A stretch of 61,435 bases of DNA from an uncultured Bacilli bacterium. GTDB lineage: Bacteria; Bacillota_I; Bacilli_A; RF39; UBA660. Below are positions 1 through 9,410 of the stretch, piece after piece (the first letter of the stretch is position 1; the number at the start of each line of letters is the position of its first letter). A model generated the notes under the pieces. It did not search any database, was not told where the DNA came from, and saw only the letters and a program-made list of their open reading frames with translations. The stretch spans positions 1-61,435 of the forward strand of contig CANQRA010000002.1 in the NCBI GenBank assembly GCA_947626125.1, given 5' to 3'. The position numbers and the translations under genes were made by a program.

Positions 1-2077
1 ACACCTCCCACACATAGAAATAGCCATCAGACGTTCCGTTATACTCGCGCCTGGTCATGGTCCATTCGGAGTAAACGAACGGATAGTTGGAAGACAGTTT
101 TGGATTTAACCAAGTACCATAGCAGTCATTGGCAATTCCCACTATAGAATACCACGGATCGCAGGTAGTTGTACCATCCCCATTAACAGAATATACAAAA
201 TCATGTATATATATTAACCCAATCTTCGCAGTTACAACACCCTCTTGGTTAGTCTTAAGATACGAATAATATTGACTGGCGCTACTATTCGGCGAATCTA
301 CATGGGAATATATCCAATCGACATTCTTTATCATGTTATACCACTTATTTCCAGTCTGTATGTAATTTACGCCCGGAGTCGTGCTGTTAATGAAAACCTT
401 TACGTCCAGCTCCTGAGGTACACCATATTCGTTATGATAGGAAAAAACCTCACCATGCAACTCTTTGAACAGTAAAGAACTGGGCCACGAAGAATTCCAG
501 GAAGACTTAAACGACCAAGGAAAGAACTCATAATGTCCGGATTCGTTTTTAAGCGGATAATTCTTAATTAACTTAAAATCTCCAGTAATTGGGTCAATCC
601 CTATTATTCTGTACATGTAATCACTATCAATATTTCCAGCACAATCAGCTTTAGGATTCTCTGTCCCAAAACAAACGAAGTTATCAACCTTTCCAGAGCA
701 TCCACCATTCACTGCATTACATGCTCCATAAAATCTATATAAACCTCCTAGAACGCTCTTGCTTAATCCTGCTGGTTGATCATTTATTATTTCAAGACCC
801 GTTTTTTCTGCCATAATAGTTGCATAACTTCCCGATGCAACACTTGATACTCTTCCTGAACCATCTGTCGTTCTTGCTTCTATTGTATATGTTGTTCCAT
901 CTTTTAAACTTGACACTGTACAACTTGTTCCAGCTGCAGTTACCCAACTTGATGTACTTACTCGACATTCTCTTTTTACTATTCCACTTCCACTATCTGT
1001 TCCTCCTATGTTTACTGTGATACTTGTTTCTGTACTTGTATACGAACTAATTGTGGCTGTTGGATTTTCTGTATCTAAAGTTATTGATTTACTTGCTACC
1101 GTTGATACATTTCCTGCTTTATCTTTAATAAAGGCATTGTAACTTTTATTTCCTTGAGTTGTTGTTGTCGTTATTGGTTTTGTGACACTTTGTCCACTTG
1201 CACTTTGCCATTCATTTGTAGAACATGATGAAGATGTTGTTATGCAATAACTTGCTACATTTGCATCTGTCCAAGTTACTTTGGCACTCACACTTGCTGT
1301 ATGGGTATATTTACTACTATCACTTAAACTTGTTCCACTTGCTGTACTTCCTGTTAAGGTAAATCCACTTATCGTCGGTGCTGTTCTATCTAGGATTATG
1401 GTTCTGCTAATAGCTTGTGATATATTCTGTGCTCTATCTTTTAAATATACTGTAATTGTTTTTATTCCATCGCTTTGATTACTATTATTTAATGTGAGAT
1501 TTCCTGTTACACTTTTAGCATTATTTGTTTTTTGATATTCATTACAATTACTACCATCTGTTATACAATATCCCACTACGTCGTCCGCATCCCATGTAAC
1601 TGTATAACTTATACCATAATTATATATATAATCATTTCTTTGTTGGTTATCTTTATCTGTTCCACTTATAGTAAAGCTATCTATTGCTGGTGCTTCATTA
1701 TCTATATCAAAATACATCTGACAATAGATTGATACTGTTGTCTCTAATCTTACTCTTCCTTCATCTGTTTGACTTACTTTACCTGCTTGTTTTACACCAT
1801 GATAATCAAAGCATTCTGTTCTACTTGTATTTAATACATATCCTTGTGTTGGATAGTTATTTGTAGTTTGTTTAACATAATTAGAACTTCCTTTTTCACT
1901 TTGTAAATAAATACCAAAGTCATTGACATTGATATATTGGTTATTTAGTTTATTGGTTTCTAATGTAAAATTATTATTTACTTTATTGTCATGATATTTA
2001 TCTACTTGTAAAATTATTATTGCTATTACTACAAACATTATAGTACTTATTATAAAATATTTCTTTTGTTCTTCCAT
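1..2077 (-). CDS. Large N-terminally membrane-anchored surface protein with Ig-like repeats, paralog A (C-terminus cut by window start)
   Basis: Missing from the ORF track because the frame is open at nt 1. Reverse translation from ATG 2077-2075 reads MEEQKKYFIISTIMFVVIAIIILQVDKYHDNKV... and stays open to the edge, ending ...VYSEWTMTRREYNGTSDGYFYVWEV. It is collinear with the 51245-53506 product: same anchor, repeats ending D[KR]A[GQ]N[VI]S..TI.LD.T.P, and a C-terminal [DE]WTM[ST]R. Confidence 0.8.
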   Translation of the reverse strand, partial: MEEQKKYFIISTIMFVVIAIIILQVDKYHDNKVNNNFTLETNKLNNQYINVNDFGIYLQSEKGSSNYVKQTTNNYPTQGYVLNTSRTECFDYHGVKQAGKVSQTDEGRVRLETTVSIYCQMYFDIDNEAPAIDSFTISGTDKDNQQRNDYIYNYGISYTVTWDADDVVGYCITDGSNCNEYQKTNNAKSVTGNLTLNNSNQSDGIKTITVYLKDRAQNISQAISRTIILDRTAPTISGFTLTGSTASGTSLSDSSKYTHTASVSAKVTWTDANVASYCITTSSSCSTNEWQSASGQSVTKPITTTTTQGNKSYNAFIKDKAGNVSTVASKSITLDTENPTATISSYTSTETSITVNIGGTDSGSGIVKRECRVSTSSWVTAAGTSCTVSSLKDGTTYTIEARTTDGSGRVSSVASGSYATIMAEKTGLEIINDQPAGLSKSVLGGLYRFYGACNAVNGGCSGKVDNFVCFGTENPKADCAGNIDSDYMYRIIGIDPITGDFKLIKNYPLKNESGHYEFFPWSFKSSWNSSWPSSLLFKELHGEVFSYHNEYGVPQELDVKVFINSTTPGVNYIQTGNKWYNMIKNVDWIYSHVDSPNSSASQYYSYLKTNQEGVVTAKIGLIYIHDFVYSVNGDGTTTCDPWYSIVGIANDCYGTWLNPKLSSNYPFVYSEWTMTRREYNGTSDGYFYVWEV

Positions 2078-2211
2078 CTTAAGTAACCCTTTCTATTACA
2101 ACATTCATTGTTTTATTCTCCATATTTTTATTCTATAAAACAATTATACTGGTTATATAGCCAATAGTCAAGTAGCCAGTAGCTTGTTAAAATCTATTAT
2201 GAGAGGCAAAT

Positions 2212-2460
2212 ATGATTAAAGAAATAGAAACTTGTGATGGATATTTTTATTTTAAATTAGGTCAATTATTAAAAGAAAATAACATAAGTATTAATAAATT
2301 AATGCGGGATACCGAAACAGATTTTAAAGTTATAAAAAGATTAATAAGTGGGGATGCTACTAGAATTGATATCTATGTTTTAGGAAGAATTTGCAATTAT
2401 CTTAATTGTTCTATTGAGGATATAATATTTTTTAGTAAAGAAAAAGTACCTACTTATTAA
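2212..2460 (+). CDS. Small XRE/Cro-type helix-turn-helix regulator, divergent from surface protein A
   Basis: 82 aa. HTH pattern LGQLLKENNISINKLMRDTETDFKVIKRLISGD, with a C-terminal LGRICNYLNCSIEDIIFF typical of short Cro/CI-like regulators. RBS GAGAGG lies upstream. Confidence 0.7.
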   Translation: MIKEIETCDGYFYFKLGQLLKENNISINKLMRDTETDFKVIKRLISGDATRIDIYVLGRICNYLNCSIEDIIFFSKEKVPTY

Positions 2461-2544
2461 TTATCAATAAAGTGTTAAGTAAAAACTAATTTTATTTTTA
2501 TTTTACTACTTATTATGATAAACTAATTGTAATGGAGGTTATAA

Positions 2545-2829
2545 ATGGATATTTTTGAAAAAATTGATTTATTAACTCAAAATCTTAATCGAGCAAAGTT
2601 AGATTTAAGTTATTCTATGCGTGTAGCCTGGGGTAATGATGCTGAAACAGAAAAATTCCATATGCAAACACTAATTAACAATGCGAGACTTTTATTTGTT
2701 CAAGGCAGAATTAATCAACTAGATTATGAAGAAAGAGAAAGAGCACGTCGAACCTATATGAATGAACTTGATAAAGCTTTAGCAAGATTTCCTATGGAAA
2801 GAACAGAAGAAACAAAAAGAAGTATGTAA
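2545..2829 (+). CDS. Hypothetical small protein (94 aa, helical, charged)
   Basis: ORF preceded by GGAGG (aatGGAGGttataaATG) and followed by a terminator. No recognisable motif. Confidence 0.5.
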   Translation: MDIFEKIDLLTQNLNRAKLDLSYSMRVAWGNDAETEKFHMQTLINNARLLFVQGRINQLDYEERERARRTYMNELDKALARFPMERTEETKRSM

Positions 2830-2830
2830 G

Positions 2831-2852
2831 CCAACATTTTGTTGGTTTTTTT
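2831..2852 (+). terminator. Intrinsic terminator after the 94-aa ORF (overlaps tex stop)
   Basis: CCAAC-ATTTT-GTTGG hairpin followed by TTTTTTT. Confidence 0.6.
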
Positions 2853-5001
2853 ATACTTCTTTTAAACTTAAAGCTACTTTTTGCTTTTCTAAATTAACAT
2901 CTAAAACATAAACATCAATGATATCACCAACTTGCAATAATTCACTTGGGTGTTTAATAAAACTATTACTCATATTGGATATATGAATTAAGCCATCATT
3001 TTTAATTCCTATATCGACAAAAGCCCCAAAATCAACGACATTTCTAACTGTCCCTTGTAATTTCATCCCTTTTCTTAAATCTTCTAAATGTAAGATATCT
3101 TTTTTAAGTAAAGGTTTTGGTAACATATCTCTTGGATCACGCATAGGTTTTTGTAAAGAATCAATAATATCATCGAGAGTATATTTATCAATATGTAATT
3201 TATTAATAATATCTTCTTTATTAATATTATTTAATTTATTTTCCATTTCTTTAGTACCAATTAAACTTAAATCTATATCTAAATATTTTAATAATGATAA
3301 AGTATGTTCATAACTTTCGGGGTGAATGCTTGTAATATCTAGAACATTATCACCATTTTGAATTCTTAAAAAACCAATAGCTTGTTCATAAACTTTAGCA
3401 CTTAATATCTTTTTATCTAATAATTGTTTTCTATTTTTAAATAAACCAAAAGTATTCCGATAATTAATTATTTTATCGATAGTGCTTTTCGTAAGACCCG
3501 ATATATATTTTAAGATAGAAGGAGATGCTGTATTTAAATTAACCCCAATTTGGTTAACGACTTTTTCCACAATAAAATTTAAACTTTCTTTTAATTTCTT
3601 ATCATTAACATCATGTTGATATAAACCTACTCCTATACTTTCTGGTTCAATTTTAACTAGTTCTGATAAAGGGTCTTCTAATCTTCTTCCAATAGAAATA
3701 GCACTTCTTTCTTCCACATGTAAATCGGGAAATTCCGAAATAGCTAAAGGACTTGCTGAATACACGGAGGCTCCTGCTTCACTTACAATAATATATTCGA
3801 CATTTCTTTTCGCTTCTTTTATTACATCAGCAATAAAGGATTCGGATTCTCTACTCGCAGTTCCATTACCAATGGCAATTACATCAATATTGTATTCATC
3901 AATTAATTTTAAAACAGTATCTTTGCTTTTTTCATATTCGCATTTTGGTTCATGAGGATAAATAACGGTTATTTTAAGAGGTTTACCGGTGGGGTCTAGG
4001 ACGGCTAACTTACAACCCGTTCGATAGGCTGGGTCAAAACCTAAGATAGTTTTTTCTTTAATTGGTGGTTGCATTAATAGTTTCTCTAAGTTATCACTAA
4101 AATTATTAATAGCTATATCTTCCGCTTTTTCTTTTAATTCACTTCTTATTTCTCTTTCAATAGAAGGAGCAATTAATCTTTTATAACTATCTTTAATGGC
4201 ATCTTCCACAATCAAGACTAACTCATTATTAGTATTATTTTTAATAATTTTATTTTTTAAGAAATCTAATATAAGGTTTTCATCAAGAGAAATACTTACA
4301 TTAAGAACATCTTCGCTTTCCCCACGATTAACGGCAAGTACACGATATAATTTGATATATTTAATATTTTCTTGATAATCATAATACATCTCATAAGTCT
4401 TTAAATTATCTTCACTATTCTTTTTCTTTTTACTAACAAGAATTCCATTATTATAAGTTAAGTATCTTATTTTACTTCGGTAGTAAGCATTATCACTAAT
4501 CCATTCGGCAATGATATATTTAGCTCCCATTATGGCATCATCAACAGTTTTAATTTCATTATTTAAATACTTCGTTGCAACATTCTTAATACTTCCTTTA
4601 ACATTAAAACTCATAATTATTTTGGCTAAAGGTTCTAAACCATTTTTTATTGCTTCCGTAGCTTTGGTCTTTTTCTTTTCTTTAAATGGCCGATAAATAT
4701 CCTCAATTTCGACTAGTTTAGAAGCATTATCAATTGCCTTAATTAATTCATCAGTAAGTAGTCCTTTTTCCTCAATTAATCTTTTAACTTCTTCTTTTCT
4801 TTTTTGTAAATTAACGGCATAACTATATTCGGTTTCAATACTTCTTATTTGGACTTCATCAAGTCCTCCCGTTACTTCTTTCCGGTAACGCGCAATAAAA
4901 GGAATAGTATTACCTTCTTCTAATAAATTTAAAGTACTCTTAACACTTTTAACTGTGATATTTAAGCTTTTAGCTAAATTTTCAATTATATTCTCATTCA
5001 T
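2851..5001 (-). CDS. tex: Tex-family transcription accessory protein (S1 RNA-binding domain protein)
   Basis: 716 aa. N-terminal Tex motif IPFIARYRKE, YqgF-like GFDPAYRTGCK, C-terminal S1 domain GTVRNVVDFGAFVDIG...GLIHIS. Confidence 0.9.
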   Translation of the reverse strand: MNENIIENLAKSLNITVKSVKSTLNLLEEGNTIPFIARYRKEVTGGLDEVQIRSIETEYSYAVNLQKRKEEVKRLIEEKGLLTDELIKAIDNASKLVEIEDIYRPFKEKKKTKATEAIKNGLEPLAKIIMSFNVKGSIKNVATKYLNNEIKTVDDAIMGAKYIIAEWISDNAYYRSKIRYLTYNNGILVSKKKKNSEDNLKTYEMYYDYQENIKYIKLYRVLAVNRGESEDVLNVSISLDENLILDFLKNKIIKNNTNNELVLIVEDAIKDSYKRLIAPSIEREIRSELKEKAEDIAINNFSDNLEKLLMQPPIKEKTILGFDPAYRTGCKLAVLDPTGKPLKITVIYPHEPKCEYEKSKDTVLKLIDEYNIDVIAIGNGTASRESESFIADVIKEAKRNVEYIIVSEAGASVYSASPLAISEFPDLHVEERSAISIGRRLEDPLSELVKIEPESIGVGLYQHDVNDKKLKESLNFIVEKVVNQIGVNLNTASPSILKYISGLTKSTIDKIINYRNTFGLFKNRKQLLDKKILSAKVYEQAIGFLRIQNGDNVLDITSIHPESYEHTLSLLKYLDIDLSLIGTKEMENKLNNINKEDIINKLHIDKYTLDDIIDSLQKPMRDPRDMLPKPLLKKDILHLEDLRKGMKLQGTVRNVVDFGAFVDIGIKNDGLIHISNMSNSFIKHPSELLQVGDIIDVYVLDVNLEKQKVALSLKEV

Positions 5002-7192
5002 TATTTTTAACTCTTTCTATTAATTTAATTGTTTCATCATAATTTTCTTCTAATAATTCTATACGATAATTTTTAATACCCATTCCTCTTAATTTATCTA
5101 GGGCATTTAATAAATTAGTTTTCTCATGATTTAAAATAGTTGTACTATGATCTAAAGGATTAGTTTCGATCTTATATAAAGAATTATTTCTGTCTTTTAA
5201 ATAATAATTACTATTTTGACAAGCATGACAAAGACCATCTTTATTAACTAAATAATTAATGGGGCAATATTTCATAATCATTAATTCTACATTACCATAT
5301 AAATATACTTCGATATTATCTTTATTTTGGGTATTATCCACAATATCTTTTATATTATTAATATTACATTCTGGAGAAATAGTTATCTTACTTCCATAAG
5401 TACTTAGATAATCTAAAGTATAATGATTAGTAACATTTAAGAAATAATCAATATAATGTGGATATTTAATGACACTTCCCATGTCAGTAGCAAGTAATTT
5501 ATGATAAGAGTAGTTGTGATTAATATTATCTCGCGGTATGCGACATATAAAATTATCTTGCATTAAATTTTTGTTGATAACTATAATGTTTTCCACATTT
5601 TTATCTAAACAAGCTTGTAATTGTTCCTTTGTTCTTACTAAAACGCTTAATTGTTCTTCTTTTTCTTGATTATTATTTTTAGGTGTATAAGATTTTTCTT
5701 CAAAAGGAATATGAATATTTTCTCTTAATTCTTTTAAACTATTTAAGATATTTCTTCTTTCTTGCTTTAAAATACCTACCGGAATAAAGATATCATCATC
5801 AACACATAAATTAACATTCGTAACTATAAAAGGCGTATTTCCCCCTTTAACTAAAATTTCTTTAATTCTTTCTTTTTTAATCGGGGCATTAATACTTTTA
5901 CTTACAATATAATCAGTAGTATTTTTAATGCTAAATAAATTATCACTGACTTCTATTTGTAATTCTTTATTATTTTTTGCAATTAAACTCATTGTAATTG
6001 GAATTTTTTTCGTTATTTCTTCTTCAACTTTTAGGTAAGGGTTCGTTAATAAAACTTCATCGTTATTTTTTAAATTAACAAAATTATCTAAATAAATTAT
6101 ATCCCCCTTCCTACCTTTATTTAGTAAGTTATTATTTTTATCATACATAAAATTAATGGTTAAACCAATATCACTATTTTTAAATCTAATGCCATCAAAT
6201 TGATGCAAATCATGACTTAACTTAATTTTAATTTTCTTTTTCGTAACATCCGTTACCATCCCAACAGCTACTCCTTGATGATTAGGAGCCTGAATATTCA
6301 TAATATCAGTATCATTAAATAAATAACCTTTAGTATATTCACGATTAAAAATCGCTTTTAATAAAAATAAATCTTCTTCATTTACTTTTAATTCTTCCTT
6401 ATTTTCATATTGGTTCATTAAAGTCTTATAGATTTTGGTAACCATTCCCACATACAAAGGGCTTTTCATTCTTCCTTCAATTTTAAAACAAGTAACATTA
6501 CTATCCATTAAAGCTTTAAAATCATCAATGCTGCATAAATCTTTGGGACTCAATAAATAATCTCCCGCGGTAGGTATTCTTTCCTTATCTTTATATAAGG
6601 TATAAGGAAGACGACACATACCTGCACATTCCCCACGATTACCGCTTCTTCCTAAAATAAAGGAAGAAAACAAACATTGACCACTGTAAGAGATGCATAA
6701 AGAGCCGTGAATAAATACTTCTTTTTCCAATTTAGTATCAATAGCATTTATATAATCTAAAGATAATTCCCGGGCAAAGACTACCCTTTTAACTCCTAAC
6801 TTTTCTAAAAAAGGTAATGATTCAGCACTATGATTATGCATTTGGGTCGAAGCATGAATAACTAAATTAGGAAATGTTTCATGGACTAAATTAATAAGAC
6901 CTATATCTTGCATAATGAGGGCATCAACCCCCATTTTGTGTAAACTTCTAATATAATCAAGGGCTTCATCTATTTCATCTTCATAAACTAATGTATTAAC
7001 TGTAATATAAATTTTTACTCCGTATAAATGACATAATTTAGTGGCTTTTTCGATTTCTTCTAAAGTAAAATTACTCGCAAAGGCTCTAGCCCCAAATTTT
7101 TTACCCCCTAAATAGACAGCATCAGCCCCATTATTAATCGCCGCGATTAAAGAAAGATAGTCCCCAACTGGCACCAACAATTCATGCTTCAT
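4994..7192 (-). CDS. U32-family protein (collagenase-like peptidase / RlhA-TrhP-type RNA hydroxylation family), long form
   Basis: 732 aa. EVFIHGSLCISYSGQCLFS fits the U32 signature E-x-F-x2-G-[SA]-[LIVM]-C-x4-G-x-C-x-[LIVM]-S. The second half is Cys-containing and U32-like. Overlaps both neighbours, consistent with an operon. Confidence 0.85.
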   Translation of the reverse strand: MKHELLVPVGDYLSLIAAINNGADAVYLGGKKFGARAFASNFTLEEIEKATKLCHLYGVKIYITVNTLVYEDEIDEALDYIRSLHKMGVDALIMQDIGLINLVHETFPNLVIHASTQMHNHSAESLPFLEKLGVKRVVFARELSLDYINAIDTKLEKEVFIHGSLCISYSGQCLFSSFILGRSGNRGECAGMCRLPYTLYKDKERIPTAGDYLLSPKDLCSIDDFKALMDSNVTCFKIEGRMKSPLYVGMVTKIYKTLMNQYENKEELKVNEEDLFLLKAIFNREYTKGYLFNDTDIMNIQAPNHQGVAVGMVTDVTKKKIKIKLSHDLHQFDGIRFKNSDIGLTINFMYDKNNNLLNKGRKGDIIYLDNFVNLKNNDEVLLTNPYLKVEEEITKKIPITMSLIAKNNKELQIEVSDNLFSIKNTTDYIVSKSINAPIKKERIKEILVKGGNTPFIVTNVNLCVDDDIFIPVGILKQERRNILNSLKELRENIHIPFEEKSYTPKNNNQEKEEQLSVLVRTKEQLQACLDKNVENIIVINKNLMQDNFICRIPRDNINHNYSYHKLLATDMGSVIKYPHYIDYFLNVTNHYTLDYLSTYGSKITISPECNINNIKDIVDNTQNKDNIEVYLYGNVELMIMKYCPINYLVNKDGLCHACQNSNYYLKDRNNSLYKIETNPLDHSTTILNHEKTNLLNALDKLRGMGIKNYRIELLEENYDETIKLIERVKNNE

Positions 7193-7832
7193 AAGTAAAT
7201 TCCTCCCATATTCCCGAATGTGGTAATAATTTAAAATCCATTATTTCTTTAGTAACAGGATGGGTAAAACTTAAATGATAAGCATATAAAGCAATTTGTT
7301 TTTTATCTTGCCTACCATATAATTGGTCCCCATATAAAGGATAACCTCTTGTCGCAAATTGTAATCTTATTTGATGATGTCTACCCGTGATTAAATTAAC
7401 TTTAACCAAACTTAAATGACCTTTATTTTGTAAAACCTCATATTCTAACTTAGCATATTTGCCTTCTTTAGAAATAATACTTACTTCATCTTGTTTTAAA
7501 ATATAATCTTCCATAATACCTTTGCCTTTTAAAGAACCATGACATACTAATAAATATTCTTTAGTCATTTGATGTTCATTAATAGCTTTCGATAATCTAC
7601 TGGCCGCTTTACTAGTTTTAGCAAAAACCATAATGCCACCCACCGGTCTATCTAAACGATGAACTAAACCTAAATAAACATTCCCTGGTTTTTGGTATTT
7701 TTCTTTTAAATAACTTTTTATTTGGGTAAGTAAATCTAAATCTTTGGTATAATCACTTTGACATAATACATTAGGCTTTTTCTCTACCACGATTATATGA
7801 TTATCCTCATATAATATATTTAACTTATTCAT
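7182..7832 (-). CDS. RluA-family pseudouridine synthase (no S4 domain)
   Basis: 216 aa. HRLDRPVGGIMVFAKT contains the catalytic Asp motif. Also GRHHQIRLQF. Confidence 0.85.
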   Translation of the reverse strand: MNKLNILYEDNHIIVVEKKPNVLCQSDYTKDLDLLTQIKSYLKEKYQKPGNVYLGLVHRLDRPVGGIMVFAKTSKAASRLSKAINEHQMTKEYLLVCHGSLKGKGIMEDYILKQDEVSIISKEGKYAKLEYEVLQNKGHLSLVKVNLITGRHHQIRLQFATRGYPLYGDQLYGRQDKKQIALYAYHLSFTHPVTKEIMDFKLLPHSGIWEEFTYEA

Positions 7833-8676
7833 GAGTAACTCGCCCAGTTATTCCACAAGGTAAATATAAGTTAGTATTTTCGACGGGTAAACATAAATCA
7901 TCAACTAAAATATTTTCCTTAGGAAAATTAATTTTTAAAATATTTTCTAAAGATACACTTGGTAAATTAGTTGAATAAGTATTAATAATTAAGAAAAGAA
8001 AATCATCAGTTAATAATTCTTTACATAACTTAATTAATTCATCTAAATCATTTTCTAAACTCCATACTTCCCCATTAGCACCTCTTCCATAACTAGGTGG
8101 GTCCATAATAATGGCATCGTATTTATTTCCTCTTCTTATTTCTCTTTTAACAAACTTAAAGACATCATCAACTAAATAACGAACCTTTCTATCTTCTAAA
8201 TGATTTAATTTAACATTCTCTTTTGCCCATTCAATCATTCCCTTAGATGAATCAACATGAGTAACAGATGCCCCTGCAAAAAGACATGCCACGGTTGATG
8301 CACCCGTATAAGCAAATAAATTTAAAACTTTAATTTCTTTATTTATCTTTTTTATTTTAGCCATTTCAAAATCCCAGTTATTTGCTTGTTCAGGAAATAA
8401 TCCCGTATGTTTAAAACCCATTTCTTTAATTAAAAATTTTAAAGAGCCATAGTTTATTATCCAGGATTCCGGGGTTTTTAATTTGTTTTCCCAATGTCCT
8501 CCCCCTTCTTTACTACGATAATATACAGCATTTATCTTATAATCATCAAAGTCACCTAAATCCCAAGTAACCACAGGATCTGGTCTTAATAAAAGTATAT
8601 TTTGCCAACTTTCAAGCTTCATACCTTTACTAGTTTTTAATATTTTATAATCTTGCCAATTATTACTAACTAACAT
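7825..8676 (-). CDS. Class I SAM-dependent (RNA) methyltransferase, RlmI/COG1092-like without PUA domain
   Basis: 283 aa. Motif I LNLFAYTGASTVA, motif IV IIMDPPSYG. Confidence 0.65.
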   Translation of the reverse strand: MLVSNNWQDYKILKTSKGMKLESWQNILLLRPDPVVTWDLGDFDDYKINAVYYRSKEGGGHWENKLKTPESWIINYGSLKFLIKEMGFKHTGLFPEQANNWDFEMAKIKKINKEIKVLNLFAYTGASTVACLFAGASVTHVDSSKGMIEWAKENVKLNHLEDRKVRYLVDDVFKFVKREIRRGNKYDAIIMDPPSYGRGANGEVWSLENDLDELIKLCKELLTDDFLFLIINTYSTNLPSVSLENILKINFPKENILVDDLCLPVENTNLYLPCGITGRVTHE

Positions 8677-8944
8677 AATACCACCAAACTTATTATACTA
8701 ATAAAAGGAGCAAATCTCAATTAGAATTATAGTAGAAAGCATAAATAAAAAGAAAACTCTATCAAAGGACAGAATTTTCTTATACATTTTCATTCGGGAT
8801 AATTTATTACTCGCACCATCTGGGAGCGAGAACATTTTCGATAATTAGCAAGCCATTGCTTGCCGTAATATTATATGTAGTTAAGAACAAAATAATATAA
8901 CAATAACTAGTCCTTTGAACTAGCAATTTACTAGCTACCTCACT

Positions 8945-9007
8945 ATAGGTAACGCTTAATGCGTTCTCCTACTTATAAATTTAACATATATACTTTTTAT
9001 ATACAAT
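8945..9007. repeat. 63-bp direct repeat, copy A (promoter-like box plus hairpin when read on the minus strand)
   Basis: ataggtaacgcttaatgcgttctcctacttataaatttaacatatatactttttatatacaat. Nearly identical to 9347-9409. Minus-strand reading: TTGTAT-17-TAAATT, then hairpin TAGG-AG-AACGC-ATTAA-GCGTT-A-CCTA. Confidence 0.8.
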
Positions 9008-9311
9008 CATCTTTCTTAAAAAATTTATAGCTAAAATTATCGCCTAAAAGAGCTTCCCAAATCTCTAGAAGTTTGGGCAAAAAACTGCAAATTTTTTATT
9101 TTTTTTATGGAAAAACTATTTACAAAAATAATTAAAACTGCTTTAATAAAGCCTAGGAGGACGAATTTAAGTTGTTGCCTAAAACTTTTTTTGAAGAAAC
9201 TCAGGTGGGTTTTGGATAGGAAGGTGGTGGGTGCCAATGAATAAGAAATATCGTGAAACGATACAATTATTTATTGTTTTTATTCTAGCCCTTAGCCTTG
9301 CTAATGCTAAT

Positions 9312-9373
9312 AATAAAAAGCTAACCCCTAAAGGCTAGCGCAAACCATAGGTAACGCTTAATGCGTTCTCCTA
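9312..9373 (-). ncRNA. Candidate short transcript (about 60 nt) from repeat copy B
   Basis: A promoter-like TTGTAT-17-TAAAAT is followed by a 5' hairpin (9372-9347). A second hairpin GCTAGCC-TTTAG-GGTTAGC (9339-9320) follows, with a trailing TTTTT. No experimental support. Confidence 0.35.
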
Positions 9374-9409
9374 TTAATAATTTTAACATATATGTTTTTT
9401 ATATACAAT
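9347..9409. repeat. 63-bp direct repeat, copy B
   Basis: ataggtaacgcttaatgcgttctcctattaataattttaacatatatgttttttatatacaat. Minus-strand reading: TTGTAT (9408-9403), 17 nt, TAAAAT (9385-9380), then the same hairpin. Confidence 0.8.
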
Positions 9410-9410
9410 A

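Noticed and set aside
245-1866. Plus-strand track ORFs (245-475, 820-1020, 1281-1478, 1532-1732, 1684-1866) and their counterparts at 51424-53295.
   Set aside because: They are antisense shadows of the two large minus-strand surface-protein genes. Their products are Leu/Phe/Ile-rich low-complexity strings with no RBS, whereas the minus frame gives a long conserved paralogous protein.
9037-9237. 66-aa minus-strand ORF inside the non-coding island.
   Set aside because: It has no RBS, crosses hairpins and A/T runs, and has an odd composition. It more likely arises by chance in a structured non-coding region.
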